The position numbers and the translations under genes are program-made. 64,000 nucleotides of DNA. It comes from Laetmonice hystrix (Eukaryota). How positions within the stretch are numbered: position 1 is the first letter of the stretch; each line of letters opens with the position of its first letter. The notes beneath the pieces were generated by a model. It did not search any database, was not told where the DNA came from, and worked only from the letters and a program-made list of their open reading frames with translations. Positions 24,684 through 38,733 of this stretch are shown in pieces. The DNA is taken from the NCBI GenBank assembly GCA_965235115.1, contig OZ249443.1:18910001-18974000 (forward strand), given 5' to 3'.

Positions 24684-27260
24684 TTAAACACTGTAAAGTC
24701 CTGTTGGTGTGTGTGTATGCATGTTAATTTTTTGCGCCGATACTCCAGCAGTCATGGCAAATAATATAGATATGGAACTCTTGAAGTATCTAAGTTGATA
24801 GCATCTCCAGTAGTTTTAAATTAGTCTGTTATATACATGCATCTAGATTCTAGAACCAGTGTATAAACCATATGCATGCATGCCAACATTGGAAAACCAC
24901 AAATCTGAACTCGGGGTCCAGGGGGCCACGTAGGCCCCTGGCGGAGGCCAGAGGCAGCGTTTCCAGCAGGGGGTAGAGGGGTCAGAGCCCCCATAAGCTC
25001 CTGGGGTTGGGCATTTTTAAAGCTAAGGAAAGGCTTTTTTGAACCTTAAAAGTTGACATTATTTGATGTTATATATTACAATCTGAAAATTCGAAAATTG
25101 GAACGTTCCGATTAAATCGGAATGGTTGGCAGGTATTCATATGTTACTGTTAAGACTACGCTAAATTCATAAACTCATAAACAAACATGATGGTGAATAA
25201 ATAAGTTAGGTGTTATATAAAATAGAACCCACGTATTTGATTGAAAGCCTACATGTCAACAGAACCAGTCTGCGTACACGCAAATGATAAATTAATATAA
25301 TAACTACTAGTACACAACTGACACAGCAGCAACCTGTAGTTTGTGAAGTCCATCACGTTCACATCTCAAAAGAATTCCCTACGCAGGAATGATTTATAGA
25401 CTAGCACTCCAACCCAGCCATTGCAATGCACACACACATAAGTACTCCACATATATACATTAAGACTTTATATTGTACACAAGCTCGTGTTAGCCTTTCT
25501 ATAACTTTTAACTCTTCATCATGGTTGGATAAGTCTGACGTCTTGGGAAAGTTCTAAGAAAAAAAACACACATGTTGGAGGGTCAGGGTTGTAGCTGAGA
25601 ATAAAATTGCACTATCTGACAATATTCTTTCCCGTGACAATCCAATACAACACCATGGAGTCTGATTTTTGTTCTTAAATAATACGCAGTACCACTTTGA
25701 AGGTACAAGGAAAGCAAAGACCCACAACTATGGCAACTCTACCGAGGATTACACAGTACCTCTACCAAATTACGATTCTTATGTTACAAATATAAGTTAT
25801 TCCAAATGAATACGGTACTTGACAAGAGGCACCAAAAACCATGAGAGTAAATCATGTAAATAACTGGATATATTATAGGCACTACCTTACCTGAACTGCT
25901 GTACCTGGACAAGATATCTACCGTAATTAGATACACAAAATGTACTGAACAATCGTAGCCTTTCCAAGTCTCACATAATAATATCTTAACTGATATTAAC
26001 AACCCCTTTTAAACGTTTAATGTGCTTTTCTATATTTCAAGTTAAAAACACAAGTTAAAAATCGGAGATTAGAGCTAGCAAAGTTCAGCGAAAGTCTTCT
26101 GTTAGTTACGTATTACAGTCAACACCAAAACGTTGGAGGATGAAGACATACAAGACATACTTCCTCTATCATGTTTGGAGGGAGGTAACACATAGCAATA
26201 ACTGACCATTTACGCACTGGCACAACGTTTTACACGATTATACATTGAATGATTCATTGGTTATTTTCATATTAATGTTCGAAACTAAGCTTCCAGGATC
26301 AATATCAGATATAAGACGTTTCAATGAATATTTTATTTCCGATTTCAGCTCGGTAAAACCTTGTCTTCCTACATATATTTTAAAAGGGAAAGTGCCTCAC
26401 CATTTGTGAGCATGGTGCTAGTTGGGACGCACTGTAGAATTGATTGTAGCTCCCCCGGGAATAGTCTCTGGAATGACGTGAGGATGGTCTACTGTTTGCC
26501 GGTTTTACTCTTGATATGAAAGTGACTGGACCAAAAATAACATTGGAAAATCTCTGGGAGAACATTGGTAAGTAATCCAAACCGGTAAAGCTGGTATGTT
26601 GTCATAAGTTACAGGAACAAAGTATAACATTTTTTCTTTATCCTTTTCGGATTGATGCATTCTGCCTCCATATTGTTATTCCAAGCACACAATGTTACAG
26701 ACTTGGTCTACAAACCAAGACGTATGGCACAAAATAAATTTACGCTGGAGTTGTCTCGGTCTTCATATAAATTTTTTTTTACAATTATCATTTACAATAG
26801 ATCCTAATATATTGAATATACACAGGGTGCCACACATATGATACACAAACTAAAACTGACTTTACATATGTATGTACACCATCCCATTTGTAGATTATCG
26901 ATTGAACCTAAGACTTCATGATTGAAACTGAGCACACACAGTTAACACCACTTTGAAGTCAACAGCAATAACAGACTTGTTCAAATTCCAGGAGCTCTGA
27001 TACCTTGATCACGAAAAGTTTTTGACACCTTAGTGGTCTGTACATTAACTTTGGCATTGGCACCAGTATTAGTATGGAATTGCTGCTAGATACAGAATTG
27101 ATCTATTGAACCTGTAAGTTCAAAAAGTACAAATACATCTCTTTTTGCTTTAATCTAATATTCAGACACATGTTGGCAAAACCTTTTGTACTGCTACTGT
27201 CATGAACCTTGCAACATTAAAAAAACTCCTTCAAGCATACAGTATCCCTTTCCATGAAGG

Positions 27261-30200
27261 TCACCAAGATGGTGGAATGACCTTTGCCATTTGACCTTGG
27301 CCAAGTTTTGGTCGTGATGCAAACCCCCAGGACCTCTTCCATTCCAAGGTGTCGCGGATGACGGCCTGTTCCTCCTGGCTGAGGTGAAGTAGCACCGCAA
27401 CCGCCCGGATCAGATGCATGGCCTGTAATAAACACAGGAGTAAACTCTGACTGGTGATAATTGGGAGTTGAATTAAAATATACTGTTATCAATCAAGAGG
27501 CGAGTAATATTGGATGGCGGAAAGTTCACTATACAGTTTACGGGACGAAGAAAAGCGATAATGGACAAGGCAAACTTTCCGGAATCCTGTAAACTGTGCT
27601 AGTGGATGAGCTGCCATCCAACATTTTCTATATTATACACCTGTATATAAGTAAAATGTTGATAATCCATCTTCCTGCCATTCTCTGTACGATGTTGCTT
27701 CTACTTTGACGTCATTTCTATGGTTTCCAGAGCGAACTGTCCCATATTTTATTTTCGGGAAGGTCACGTGGTACAAATGGACCGACCAGATTGTTTAGCT
27801 ATGCCAGGTGTATAATATAGCCCTTTTGAGGACAGTAATGGATCTTATGATTTTGAAACAAACTGTATTTTTTTTATCAAGCTCTTTTTTTCCCCTACCA
27901 GAATTCCCCTACCAAAAAAAACCTCCTAAGGGCATTACCTACCTCTGTTTCCCTGCTTGTCATAAACTTGATAACCACATGTTTGAGGTACTCAAAGTTG
28001 ACGTGTTCACACAGACAGTCATTACCCACACTACACCGGGTCATCATGTTGACTGTCCTCGCCCCCAAGGGGGCTAACTGTATACCCCTTGTCATTGTGT
28101 TTCCATTGCCACTCCCACCATGTGACAGAGTGTTAGAACTGAACGTCCGAGACTCGGCCCGGAGTTGGGCTCGGTTTAAGTGAGACACGCTCTGGCTTCC
28201 ACTGATCTCTAGCTGTGGAGCATCATGGTTGTTGGTCTCTGTCGGTTCGTCGTTTGGCAGAGCTTGCACCTTCAGTTCCCGTTGTAAAGTCTTCTTGAGG
28301 TCTGTTAACCGCTGCTGCTGGACCTTGATGGTCTGCAACGTAAACCAGACAAAACCTGGGTTACATACTGTTAGTGTACTAAATGGGAGTTCCTTATTGT
28401 ACTGAATTTTTGGTATATCTTCTTTACTAAACCATGTATCTGCCACTGAAAACCAACTCAAAGACATACTAATGTTTTACTGAGATGCTGCAAAATTACA
28501 ATCACCTTGTTTCTGTCTGCAAGCTGATCTTCCAAACCAGACATATCCTTTTTCATTCGGTTGATTTCTGCCGACTCCATCTCCGTCTTTGCCGTTTCTG
28601 CTGCCAACTCAAATTGTTTGAACTGTAAAGAATACAACAACCTCAGGACTCATGTATCTGATCTTCTGCCAGTGTGAAAAAAAATGTGAAAAGGGATTAT
28701 CAAACCATGCTTCTGTTACTTTTCAAAGTTCTCACCTCAAAGAACTAGGTTTACTGGCAATGACATTTCCCATTATTTTTCAAATAAATAATAATGCCTT
28801 TACACAAATATAACGAAGAATGTTTAATGTTCAAAAGAAGAACAATTTTAACGTGTGACCTTTTCTTGTGTGGTAGACAACTCGGCAGAGAGGTCTTGTA
28901 GTGACTGCTCCAGTCCAGCAATGGCGTTGTCTTTGTCCTTGACTTGCTGTACTAGGTCACTCTGGGCATCAGACGTATTGCGCTTGTATGCTTCAAAAGT
29001 CTGTGACAGCTCAGCATTTCGTAACAAAAGGTTGTTTTTTTCTGGAATAAAAAGTTTTTGTGAACTTTACGGTAAGCCCTGACTTTTCTTTCCCTGGAAT
29101 CTAAAAAATTAAATGTGAGAATAAAATGGATCTCATTTGACTGATAGTGATATCGGTGTTCTGAATTGCAGTTTCAGGGCCCCCCGTTTCTTCATCACCA
29201 ATTGACCACCGGCAATTAGTTTCTTAAAGTGGCAAAGAAACTTTCAGAATGGTGATAGTTTTAGCAAACTGTACATCAAGATCTCAATTTCCTGGGACTG
29301 TTGGTGTTACCATAAAGTAATAACCGGTGAGTTACCCTTTGTACAGGCCTGGAAATCCACTCCGATATTCTGTAGATCTTTTTTCAGCTGCTCTATCGTA
29401 CCCTGTGAAACATCAATGCTGATCTCCTTCTTCTCCATCTGACAGCAAGAAACATAATCCCCCAAGTAAAGTTTCCGATAACAAAGACATCTAAGGCTCT
29501 GACCAATACAGAACCTTTTACTTTGCTTCCTATCTTCACTAATACTAAAAGGCTTTCAAAGAAAACCAGCATCATTAATGAAAGCCAAAATACTGCACAT
29601 GCCTTTTCTTTAATTTCTTTAATTTCCTTGGACCTGTCATCCAGTTGTTGCTGGAGCCTAGCATTGTCTCGCTCACGGTGTAGACTCTCCGACTTGTATT
29701 TCTGAAGTTGGTTCTCCATTTCAGTGATCTGTTTCTCATTGTCAATCTCTTTCTCCAGCCACTCATCATGGGTGCTCTCCAGCAATGTCTACAAGGTTAA
29801 CAAAATGGTTGATATTTCTATAATTGTGTGTCATAAAGTCAACATTCATCAATCCTGAGTCAGATGGTGGTTTGGTGCCATATAAAATGTATTCTATCCA
29901 CATTAATTCTCACTCCTTAACGCTGGCTCCTACAGTTAGTAAATTCTTAAAGTGTACTTACAGCTTCACTTCTAAACTTTTGTTTCACTGTCTAAATTCA
30001 AAATATTGTTGTATTTTGGCTTTACTTACAATTTTCTGCAGGGCTGATGTTCGCTCCTTCTCCCTAGCTCTGTCTAGAGACTCTATCTCATTTTGTAGCT
30101 TCTGAACTTTCTCCCGCATTTTAACTTCCACGACTGAAGAGTTCTCTTTGCACTTCAGGACTTCTGCCTCCATTTCTTGTTTCTGGTTAAAGTAGACATT

Positions 30201-33200
30201 ACGATGCTTGTGTCATAAAAATCATGAGCATCCTTTATAAATCATAAGATGCAAATGAAAAAAATTCCTTTTGGAACCTCTTTTTCGTAGTTTTGTCAAT
30301 TTATTTCCATTTTGGTAAGATTGACTAATTTAGATACTGAAAATAAATCTAACCTGCCTATCCAATTGTTTATTTCTCTCAGCAATTTCCTCCAAATGCT
30401 TTTTTATCTGCTTTTCAGCATCATCGAGTCTGCTCTGCAAGTCTTCCATCTGAAATATCATTAATCATAATGTGCAACATATACAAAACCCATAAAACCC
30501 AGTTGCTGTATTTGAGACCATGTCCCAATTATACAAATACAATATTTAAGACCATTCTTAAGAAATCCTTTACATACCCAATACTAACCAAACTGACTAC
30601 TGCCTGACACCAAGCTCTCTACAAAACCTGAGCTACCTTATATCTAAGGCTTGAAGATTAATGGTATAAAAACCAGGCGAAGTTTCTCAAAGAAAACACA
30701 CCTTGAACACTACAAAAGTATCCTCAACAGTCATATAAACATGAGTTTTTTTTGTGTTTTTTTTTTGTTTAAGAAAAAAAATACTCACCTGTCTTTGACA
30801 GTGTTGACGAGCTTCTACCACCTGGCGGCGACTGTTAGCAACCTCTTCAGCATCCTCGGCCATCTTTCCATTCAGGTGTGAGATCTGCATTGATCAGGCC
30901 ATACAAATATCACTACCAATTATGTAACATGTTACAAAATAATATCCCTTTGTTAAGGATGTGACCTAATTACTGTCCCGTCGAGTACTCATTGAACCCT
31001 TTACCTGTTCCTCCAGGTGCGTGATCTTGTCGCTCCAGGTGGACTTCACCTCAGTCAGCTGTTGTCGTGCTTCCTGCAGCTTTTTCTCCAGGGTATCACG
31101 CTGTAAACGTTTGTCAGATAATCTCATTAGTCCTCATTTAAAAAACGAATTCCACACTTCTGTTTGGATTATTTCCAGTCAGTTTTTCAAAGTAAAGTGG
31201 CACTAATGAAAAGCTCCACTGTAAAAGTGTTGTCTAAAGAAATAAGTAAAGGGTAGAAAAACATTAAATGTGCAAATTAATAAGCAATGAATACCTTGCA
31301 AAAATTAACCAAACTCCTGCACCCTGGCAATTCATATAAACTGCATAAATTTACATAATGACAATTGCTGCCTACTTACAGAATAAGATAAGGATACACA
31401 GCGTTTGTACCAGGTCACTCAAAAGGAAAATCCTACTCCTAGGCTAGGGTTTGGCAGCCCCCAATGGTATCCTGGGGCAGTGCAGGGCCCAGGAGACAAA
31501 GCCCCCTTAAAAGCTGAATTTCAAGAACCCTTACAATGGCATTTCTCTGGGTTTTTGTAATGATTTAAACAGGAAACTTTTCAGTGAGCAAGTAATTACA
31601 TGTACATGTACCTCAAAATCAGACAAAATAATACAAAATCAATGCAATACTACGGGATATCTGACTTTTTCCCACATCTTTTTGCAAAATTCCGACCCGG
31701 TACAAACACTGGAAACAGCTATTCTCTGAGGACTATCCCACACAAACTATACCTCAGTCTCAAGGGCCCGGAGCTGGTCATCCCCACTAAGTGACGAGTC
31801 CTGGATACGTTGTTCCAGGGTGACGACCCTCTCCTCCAGCTGGCTGATCCTCTCATCCTTTTCCTCCAATAGGTTGTTCATCTGTCCAATCAAACACAAT
31901 AGTGACCACCAATGTCATTTTGCAACCAGTTCTAAGCACTTTATCTTCGATACTCTTGTGTTCCATGTTTGCTGGATTCCTAATTCCCAAACTACATTGT
32001 ATTTATCAATCCCCTCTGGTATCCAAGATTTACCTCCTTATCACCAAGCACTTCCATTTAGTGCAACAGCCACAAATGCCAATTTTACATTCTGAGGAAC
32101 CAAGCTATACTAAATGGGGGAAAGGACCATTTTAGCGTGCATGTGCTCTATGCTAAGTGCCAGCTTTTTTAACTGTTCATGCAACGTTAACTGTCTATTC
32201 TGAGTGCGTTTACAGTTAAAGCATAAAAATAAACCATCTCCCCAAAAGACGTTTTCTGAAGTATGAGAACAATTTTTTATGTTTTGGCCAATTTATGACA
32301 CTACAAAATTTCATTTTGCATCGTTTTTCCATCAAGGATATTATTATCCTCAAGGCAGTTTTGATTTTGCAATGGCAATTTCTTTTAACCAGTGTTGATA
32401 TTGGCTTCTCCATTTTAGCATTGAAGCTGCGAAGGGCAGTGATGAATTCCCTTTCTTCCCCCCACCGAGTCACGTTGCTATTTTAACCACCATTATAACG
32501 GGAGTTAGAAATGTCTATGGTTGAAGCATCCAAACATTTGCTGAAAAGCATTATATCACGTTTCCTTGATACAAACTGATACCACCAACTTATTGAAACC
32601 AACCAAAGTAATCCTAGTCAAAGCCTGTACCATTTCCTCACATTGTTTATACAATCCATTTCTACTTCTGCATTGCCACCAAATATAACCCAACAAGCAT
32701 GCATGAAAATATGAGCTTGGCCTAATTATATTTGGTAAACATGGGGTAGTCTCAATTTAATGCAGGTGGAAACTAAATTTCAGCCACTGACAAAACAGAC
32801 CAGGTTAGTATTATGCAGTAGGCTAGAGACAGCAGTTAACTCTCGTAGTCTTACAGTAGGTTTTTTTTTCTTATTTTTTCTTCATCATTTTCATCATTCT
32901 CCAACTACATGTATACTAAAAATTGGCTTGTACCGAATGGGTCACAATGGTGATGCAGTGATGGCCTTTTTTACCTATAATATTCTCAAGACTCAAGGGT
33001 CACCTACAGTTACTTGTGCTGCCTCCTGTCTCTAACCTGGGGTACCAAACACCATTAGTAAAACAGAAGCCCTTATATAGCTCATGAAATAGACAAGACA
33101 GGGCAACCTTCTGTCTATGCAGGTCACTGTGTCGTTGTAGAGCCATGTGTTCATCCTGCAAGTCTTGGTGAGTGGACTGTAGTAAGCTCAACTGGCTTGT

Positions 33201-36200
33201 TTTCTGAATGTCCAATATTTTAGGATACAAAAGAGACCATTTATTCAGCCATTCACTCATAGTTCTCTGAGTAAGTTCTTCGAAAACCACTGATACCAAG
33301 TTAGTTGAGGGATACTGATGGGAACAACTTAGTAATACATGTATGTCCCCAGCAATAATCATACTGTTGGGCCTTTAACCAGTTATGACAAGCTCCATAA
33401 ATATTTAAATATTTACAATAAGCCATGTTTATTAGCTTTTAAATGCTTCCTGATGAGCCTAATTATTGCTAGTTTGTTATTAAACCTTTCTTCATTTAAT
33501 GTAATAGATATTTTCAATGGTTGGATGGATTGGTGGGGGGCTAAATAAATGTTCTGAGAAATGTACGCAGCTATGAGTATGATTGAGACCAATTCAAACA
33601 TACAACCTCAAAACCACTCTGATTCAAGTAACGCTAGAAACACAGCAGGAAAAGCCAAAATAAAACAAAATATTGTAAATATACGGTGACTGACCTGGTT
33701 GAGCTGGTGTGAGAGATTGTCTGACTTGGCTGTCAGAGAGGATTTCTCTGTCTTAAGTTGTTCTAGTATACTTCTATTGGATGTAAAGTCACCATGAATT
33801 TTCTCTCTGAAAAACAATTATTTGCATGATACAGTTATTGTGGCACTATACAAAATCTGAAAATGATCAGACAGAAGGCAGATAAAGATGTTCATTATGT
33901 TTCCACATGTTCAGGCTAAGCAAAACTTTCACCTCCAAACCCTATTTAGGACCAAAAAAGATTTTCATTTTAATATTAAGTCGATCATAAACAGTAGCCT
34001 CTAGAGGGGCTCTTCCCTGAACAAAATACACACCTGTCATTTGTAAGGTGTCTCAGACGGTCAGTCAGATTTCCGACCTCAGTCTCAAGGTCCTTCACTC
34101 GCTTTTCTGATCTTTCCAGGCAGGATTTCTTTTCCTCTAGTTCTTTTGACGTTTTCCCTAGATCCTCCTGAGTATTTAACAACTGAAAGAAACATTCAGG
34201 ATATGCAAAAATAGATGGAAGCTGTTGTTGCTTACACAGTAACCTTTTGAGATTTTCAAAAAATTTATTTCCTGCCTTGTGTATTGGATCTTACCATGTG
34301 TTTGACTTTCGCCAACTCTTGTGTTGAGAAACCCTGGAGTTCGTCATCCTCCTCAGCAAGTTTGAAATACTTATTTTTGTACTGCTCTGCCTCCTGCAGC
34401 CGCTTCTCCACCTCAATCTTATTCTGAATCAGCACCGAACAAACGAATCAGCAAATTATCAAGTCAGGCTGAAGATTACAAAAAGTAAATGTTCTAATTC
34501 ATTCTCACTGTAAAAGTGTGCTAATCTGAACATTTCTCACCTTCTCCAGAAGTTCCATCTGTACTTTCATATCCTAAAATAAACAATTAATAACATTTCA
34601 TGTAGAAAAACAATGGAGTTTTTCTTTATTCAAATGGAGAAACCTATATACCCACTTTCTTCTATTCAAATGGGTTCTGTATCACATGTACAATACGAGC
34701 CACTACCTCTGCCACACTGCAATGCTTATTTGCTCAATTCCGAGTGAAATGCCTTGAATTGTTTCATTGCTTGCTCAGTTGCTGAGTTTGATTACAATGT
34801 TTGTGGAAGCATAGCCTGGTTTTACCTGCTCTCTTTGCTTGAGTGCTTGAGCTGTGTTTGCCTCACACTGATCTTGCAGCTCCTTCAACTTTTGGGCAGA
34901 AGCTGCAAAAATAAAGTCAGTATCTGGCAGCGGTACCTTTTGTAAAATTACAGTTATCAAATTCAAAACTTGATTTAAACTTTTTTCTTACAGTAAATGG
35001 TTTTTATATAGTGGTCAAATCATCACAATGCTCAAAAAAGCTACTCATTAAAAGATTTTACATAATTTGAAATTGTTTTTTAAATATCCTCCACTCATAA
35101 CAAAATGTGACTTACATTCTTCAACTTTTGATAATGCATTTTCCAACTGTTCAACGTTTCTATTTTTCTCCTTAATTTTAGCTGCTAATTCTGAAACCAC
35201 ATAACAGCAAATAGGAAATATAAAATATAATGTAATGCTGTGACACACCAGCCATGGTTAATTAACACAATCATAGATTTCAAAAGATTATCTCGAATAG
35301 GAACATTCAAGGGCTTTCAATTAGTATACGTAATCTTGAACTATCAGTTCAGACAGGATAACTGTTAGCAGAGCTAAGCTGACACTATTGAAGAGGAAAA
35401 GCATTGCACTGAAAGTCAATGTTCACATTATACAATTACAAACCTGAGACCTTGGCCTCTAGCCGTTTCACTTGGTCAGTACGCTTCATAAGAAGTGCTA
35501 GGACCTCCTCTTTGGTAGACTCCCTTGTGCGTACCTGTAGAATGGGTCAGTGGCAATAAAATAATGGAACTTTGTGCATGTTTACCGGTAAATACAGGTA
35601 ACTTTTAATCTTTATATCTTCACAATTCAACATTTCCTGCCAGTAAAAGCTACAGTAGTCAGTCAGTCACTTACCATGTCATCTGTAGAAATGACAGAAT
35701 CCAAACTATCTCGGCGGGATGATTCTGACGTGGATGATTCCCTCTTTGTCCCCGGAATACCCCCTCCTAGAACACACAACATACTAACGGCTGATTTTAT
35801 CTGCAGGGCCGATTTTAAAATAAATTTATTTAATGTATTTAATGCTTATAAATACAATTATTTTGTCCCTTCAAGAACTCCTGAGCCTAAATCAAATTAA
35901 AGGGCCAGCATTGAAACTTTTCTGGGTTACCTCAAGCTGTTCACCACATTCACAACAAAATTGATGAAATACAAAAGAAAAGAGGCACAGGAAATGGTAC
36001 CAAAATATGCCTTTGTTTTCAGTTTTGCCAAACTGGCTCCCTCCCTCACAAAACAAATACCTTGAAAAGCAAGCCTGGGTCATTACAACATCAACAGTGT
36101 GGTGGGAAGAGCATGTATGTGTCTCCAGTAATTCTGGTGCGGCTAAAGGATTTTGGATTCCTGTTAAGCCAGAGTGAGAAAAGAAAGATTTTTGCAAGAG

Positions 36201-36367
36201 GAAACCAACCTTTGTATAAATTTGTTTTGTCAAGTACTTTGGTAACTGAACTTACCTGGGGAATCCTTTAGTTTGGGGCTTGCCAGTCCTGGTCCATGAG
36301 AGAAGGTGGGCTCTCGGTCAGGGCTAGCCCCCTCTTCTTGAATCTTCTTAATTAAAGACTTAAACAT
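27261..36367 (-). CDS. GOLGA1: Golgin subfamily A member 1 (golgin-97), coiled coil plus C-terminal GRIP domain, 21 coding exons
   Basis: Exons 36256-36367, 35675-35766, 35444-35534, 35116-35190, 34826-34902, 34541-34573, 34295-34423, 34034-34182, 33695-33806 (or -33773), 33108-33203 (or -33191), 31753-31881, 31005-31100, 30789-30884, 30354-30449, 30030-30182, 29603-29788, 29336-29438, 28860-29041, 28506-28622, 27943-28332, 27261-27422. Peptides MFKSLIKKIQEE, LQGFSTQELAKVKHM, DLKKTLQRELK and GRIP [38 protein letters not shown] match recalled GOLGA1. Confidence 0.93.
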
Positions 36368-36887
36368 TGTGGCTCTCCGCTACGCCAACAATGACTCAGT
36401 ACCTCCCACCTGTTGAACAGCAAAATAGAATCATTTTCAAAAAATTGTTTGGGTTTTAAAATATGACGTTCAATCCATTTCTATTGGGTTGGAGAACAGT
36501 GAACTTCATGCAGAATTAGACCTATATGACTATGTCCCTATACACGCAATATGCTGAACATTGTATGCCACAGTTGGCTTTCCGTACCACCAACTGCTTC
36601 TGTTTCTATAGACAATCTAAAGATATCCATAGTGTTTATCTAAACAGATAATCACTGACAAGTATTTCACTACATTCATGAATGAAGCTGGTGCCCTTAT
36701 AATCAATCAATATAAAGTTATATGAATAGGGCAGCTTTTCCCCACTGCAAACCTTTACCTCAATGATCAAAGCGATAGAGGGGGTGGCACTACCAGCATG
36801 TACACGACCATCTGTCACCTTATATTATAAAAGTGGACCATTGTATATTTTGGACTGTTCGGTTCCACAATCTGATAATCGAGTTAA

Positions 36888-37128
36888 AGGTACACTCTAT
36901 TAAATTCGGTTTCCGCATGGGACTGCAGCGATGGCCCAGTGTCGCGTGCCCGTTCTGGGAATTGAACGCCCCGTTCCCACGACCTGTCGCAGCCCATGGT
37001 ACAGCGGTGAGCCCCCCAGTCGCTGTGTGCTTGCTTGGGGAACGGAGCGTTTAATTTTTAGAACGGGTACGTGACGCTGGGCCATCGCTGCAGTCCAACG
37101 CGGAAACCGAATTCAATAGAGCGTACCT
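36888..37128. mobile_element. Kolobok-like MITE, 241 bp
   Basis: TTAA at 36884-36887 and 37129-37132; ~70-bp imperfect TIRs starting AGGTAC. Confidence 0.85.
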
Positions 37129-38394
37129 TTAAGACCAACTTGATTCACAAGTAGCCTACTCAGTTTAGTAATATTTTTAGGATTTTTCTTCAGCTGTCCA
37201 TAAGGAAGTACATGCGTAAGCAGCACTCTTTTCAGGAACAAAGTTATAATGCCAGTTTTTACTCATCCTCTTAGTGTCAAGTAAACCCTTGAGTGGGCTT
37301 CACAATCACTGACTCAGTTGCTTGATTGCCAAAGGTAAAGGCTATTAATTAGCATACTGCACTTTAACGAAAAGCAATTTAAACAACATTTTTGGGGGTC
37401 ATTTTGGGCATTAGCATTTGTTATAATTTCCTGAATCCATAGACTGCATATAGACAACCCTGCACTGCTCAGCACGGATCGAAATTAACGAAAGCAATAG
37501 AGCAATTTTCCAGTTTCCTAGATCATGAATTCGTGAATTTTTTTTACGGAAGCAATTATTTGTATTATTTCTGTGGGAAAATCCTTAATTCCGATCCCTG
37601 CTCAGTACCATACTGACAATGACTGTCACAGACACAAGACAGTCTGAGTTGACTGACAGTTAGGGGAATGGAAAAAAAAGGAATTTTTAAAATTCAAGCG
37701 AAAAAAAAGGAATTTCCTGACAAGGATCACGGAATTTGACTGGGTCTACTAGAGCCAGTCGATTTCCGCGATCACGGAATCGCAGAATTTAGCAACATGC
37801 AGGTATGGAGCTGTCAAATTGGCATTGTTTACATTCTCGAAACGCTCGCGTCTTCAAAAACCACATGTGACATGACCGACAAAAGCAGGAGAACGACGAA
37901 AACAGGTGACGGTGGGATAGTAGTAGACTGACTGTACAGTGTACTACTAGTCTCCAGTCTGTAGACAGTGTAGTAGATGAACTAGACTTTTAGTTTTACT
38001 AGCACTTACTAGTTGTCTAGTAGTAGGACTAGGACTCAGGAGTAAAAAATGGTGGGAGTGTCCAGATTGCTGACTGTAGACTGTGTTATACAGTGGACCA
38101 ACTGACTGTGACTGTGAGTGGTGTAGCGCTTAGCCCGGCGCGGGCTGAGCGTGAGCCTTACGCCGTAGGCTGGTAGGGCCTAGGCTACCCCCTTACTGCC
38201 TTGGCTTAGCCTAGGCTTAGGCTTTAGCCTTAGTCTTAGACTTGTCATGTGTAACGTTAGGCCTAACTTCGCCAAGCTGACTGTAAGTGTAGCTGTAATC
38301 AACTGACCATGGATATTCTGAATAATAGAAAACTACAAAATTAGTTAATGAAAGGTCACAACAATGAGACTGGTGATAATAGTAAGTGACTTAC

Positions 38395-38562
38395 TCAACA
38401 ATCCTGCTGTTTTTGAGCGATCATGAATGCCAACACGGCACCCTTTCATTACACTCTGTCATGCGCATGTGGTTCGCGCATCAAAAAGGATACAACTTCC
38501 GGTATTCCGTGTGAAAGCAACTGTTTGCAGATTACAACTCTAATGCCCTCTCATTTGGAATG
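38395..38562. promoter_or_regulatory. Probable bidirectional promoter and non-coding first exons of GOLGA1 (-) and FKBPL-like (+)
   Basis: Minus donor GTAAGT after 38395; plus donor GTGAGT at 38563; NRF1-like CATGCGCATG 38460-38469; ETS ACTTCCGGT 38495-38503. Confidence 0.6.
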
Positions 38563-38733
38563 GTGAGTAAAACAGAGGATATATTTGGATCTGCCTAGTC
38601 TAGCAATGCATCTGAGCATCTTGCAATGATATTATGTATGCGTTTGTAAGAAACAAAGTCAGCTTTTATGCAGAATTTGCCTATTATCGTCCATGAATGT
38701 CCCCACCGTGCCACTGCCACTGCCCTCGCCTGG

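Noticed and set aside
26380-26580. Exon-like minus-strand ORF ending ATG|GTGAGG
   Set aside because: Downstream of the GOLGA1 stop; no partner exons or homology.
29962-29991. In-frame 30-nt GOLGA1 microexon (AG...GTAAGT)
   Set aside because: Would need a 38-nt upstream intron, probably too short to splice.
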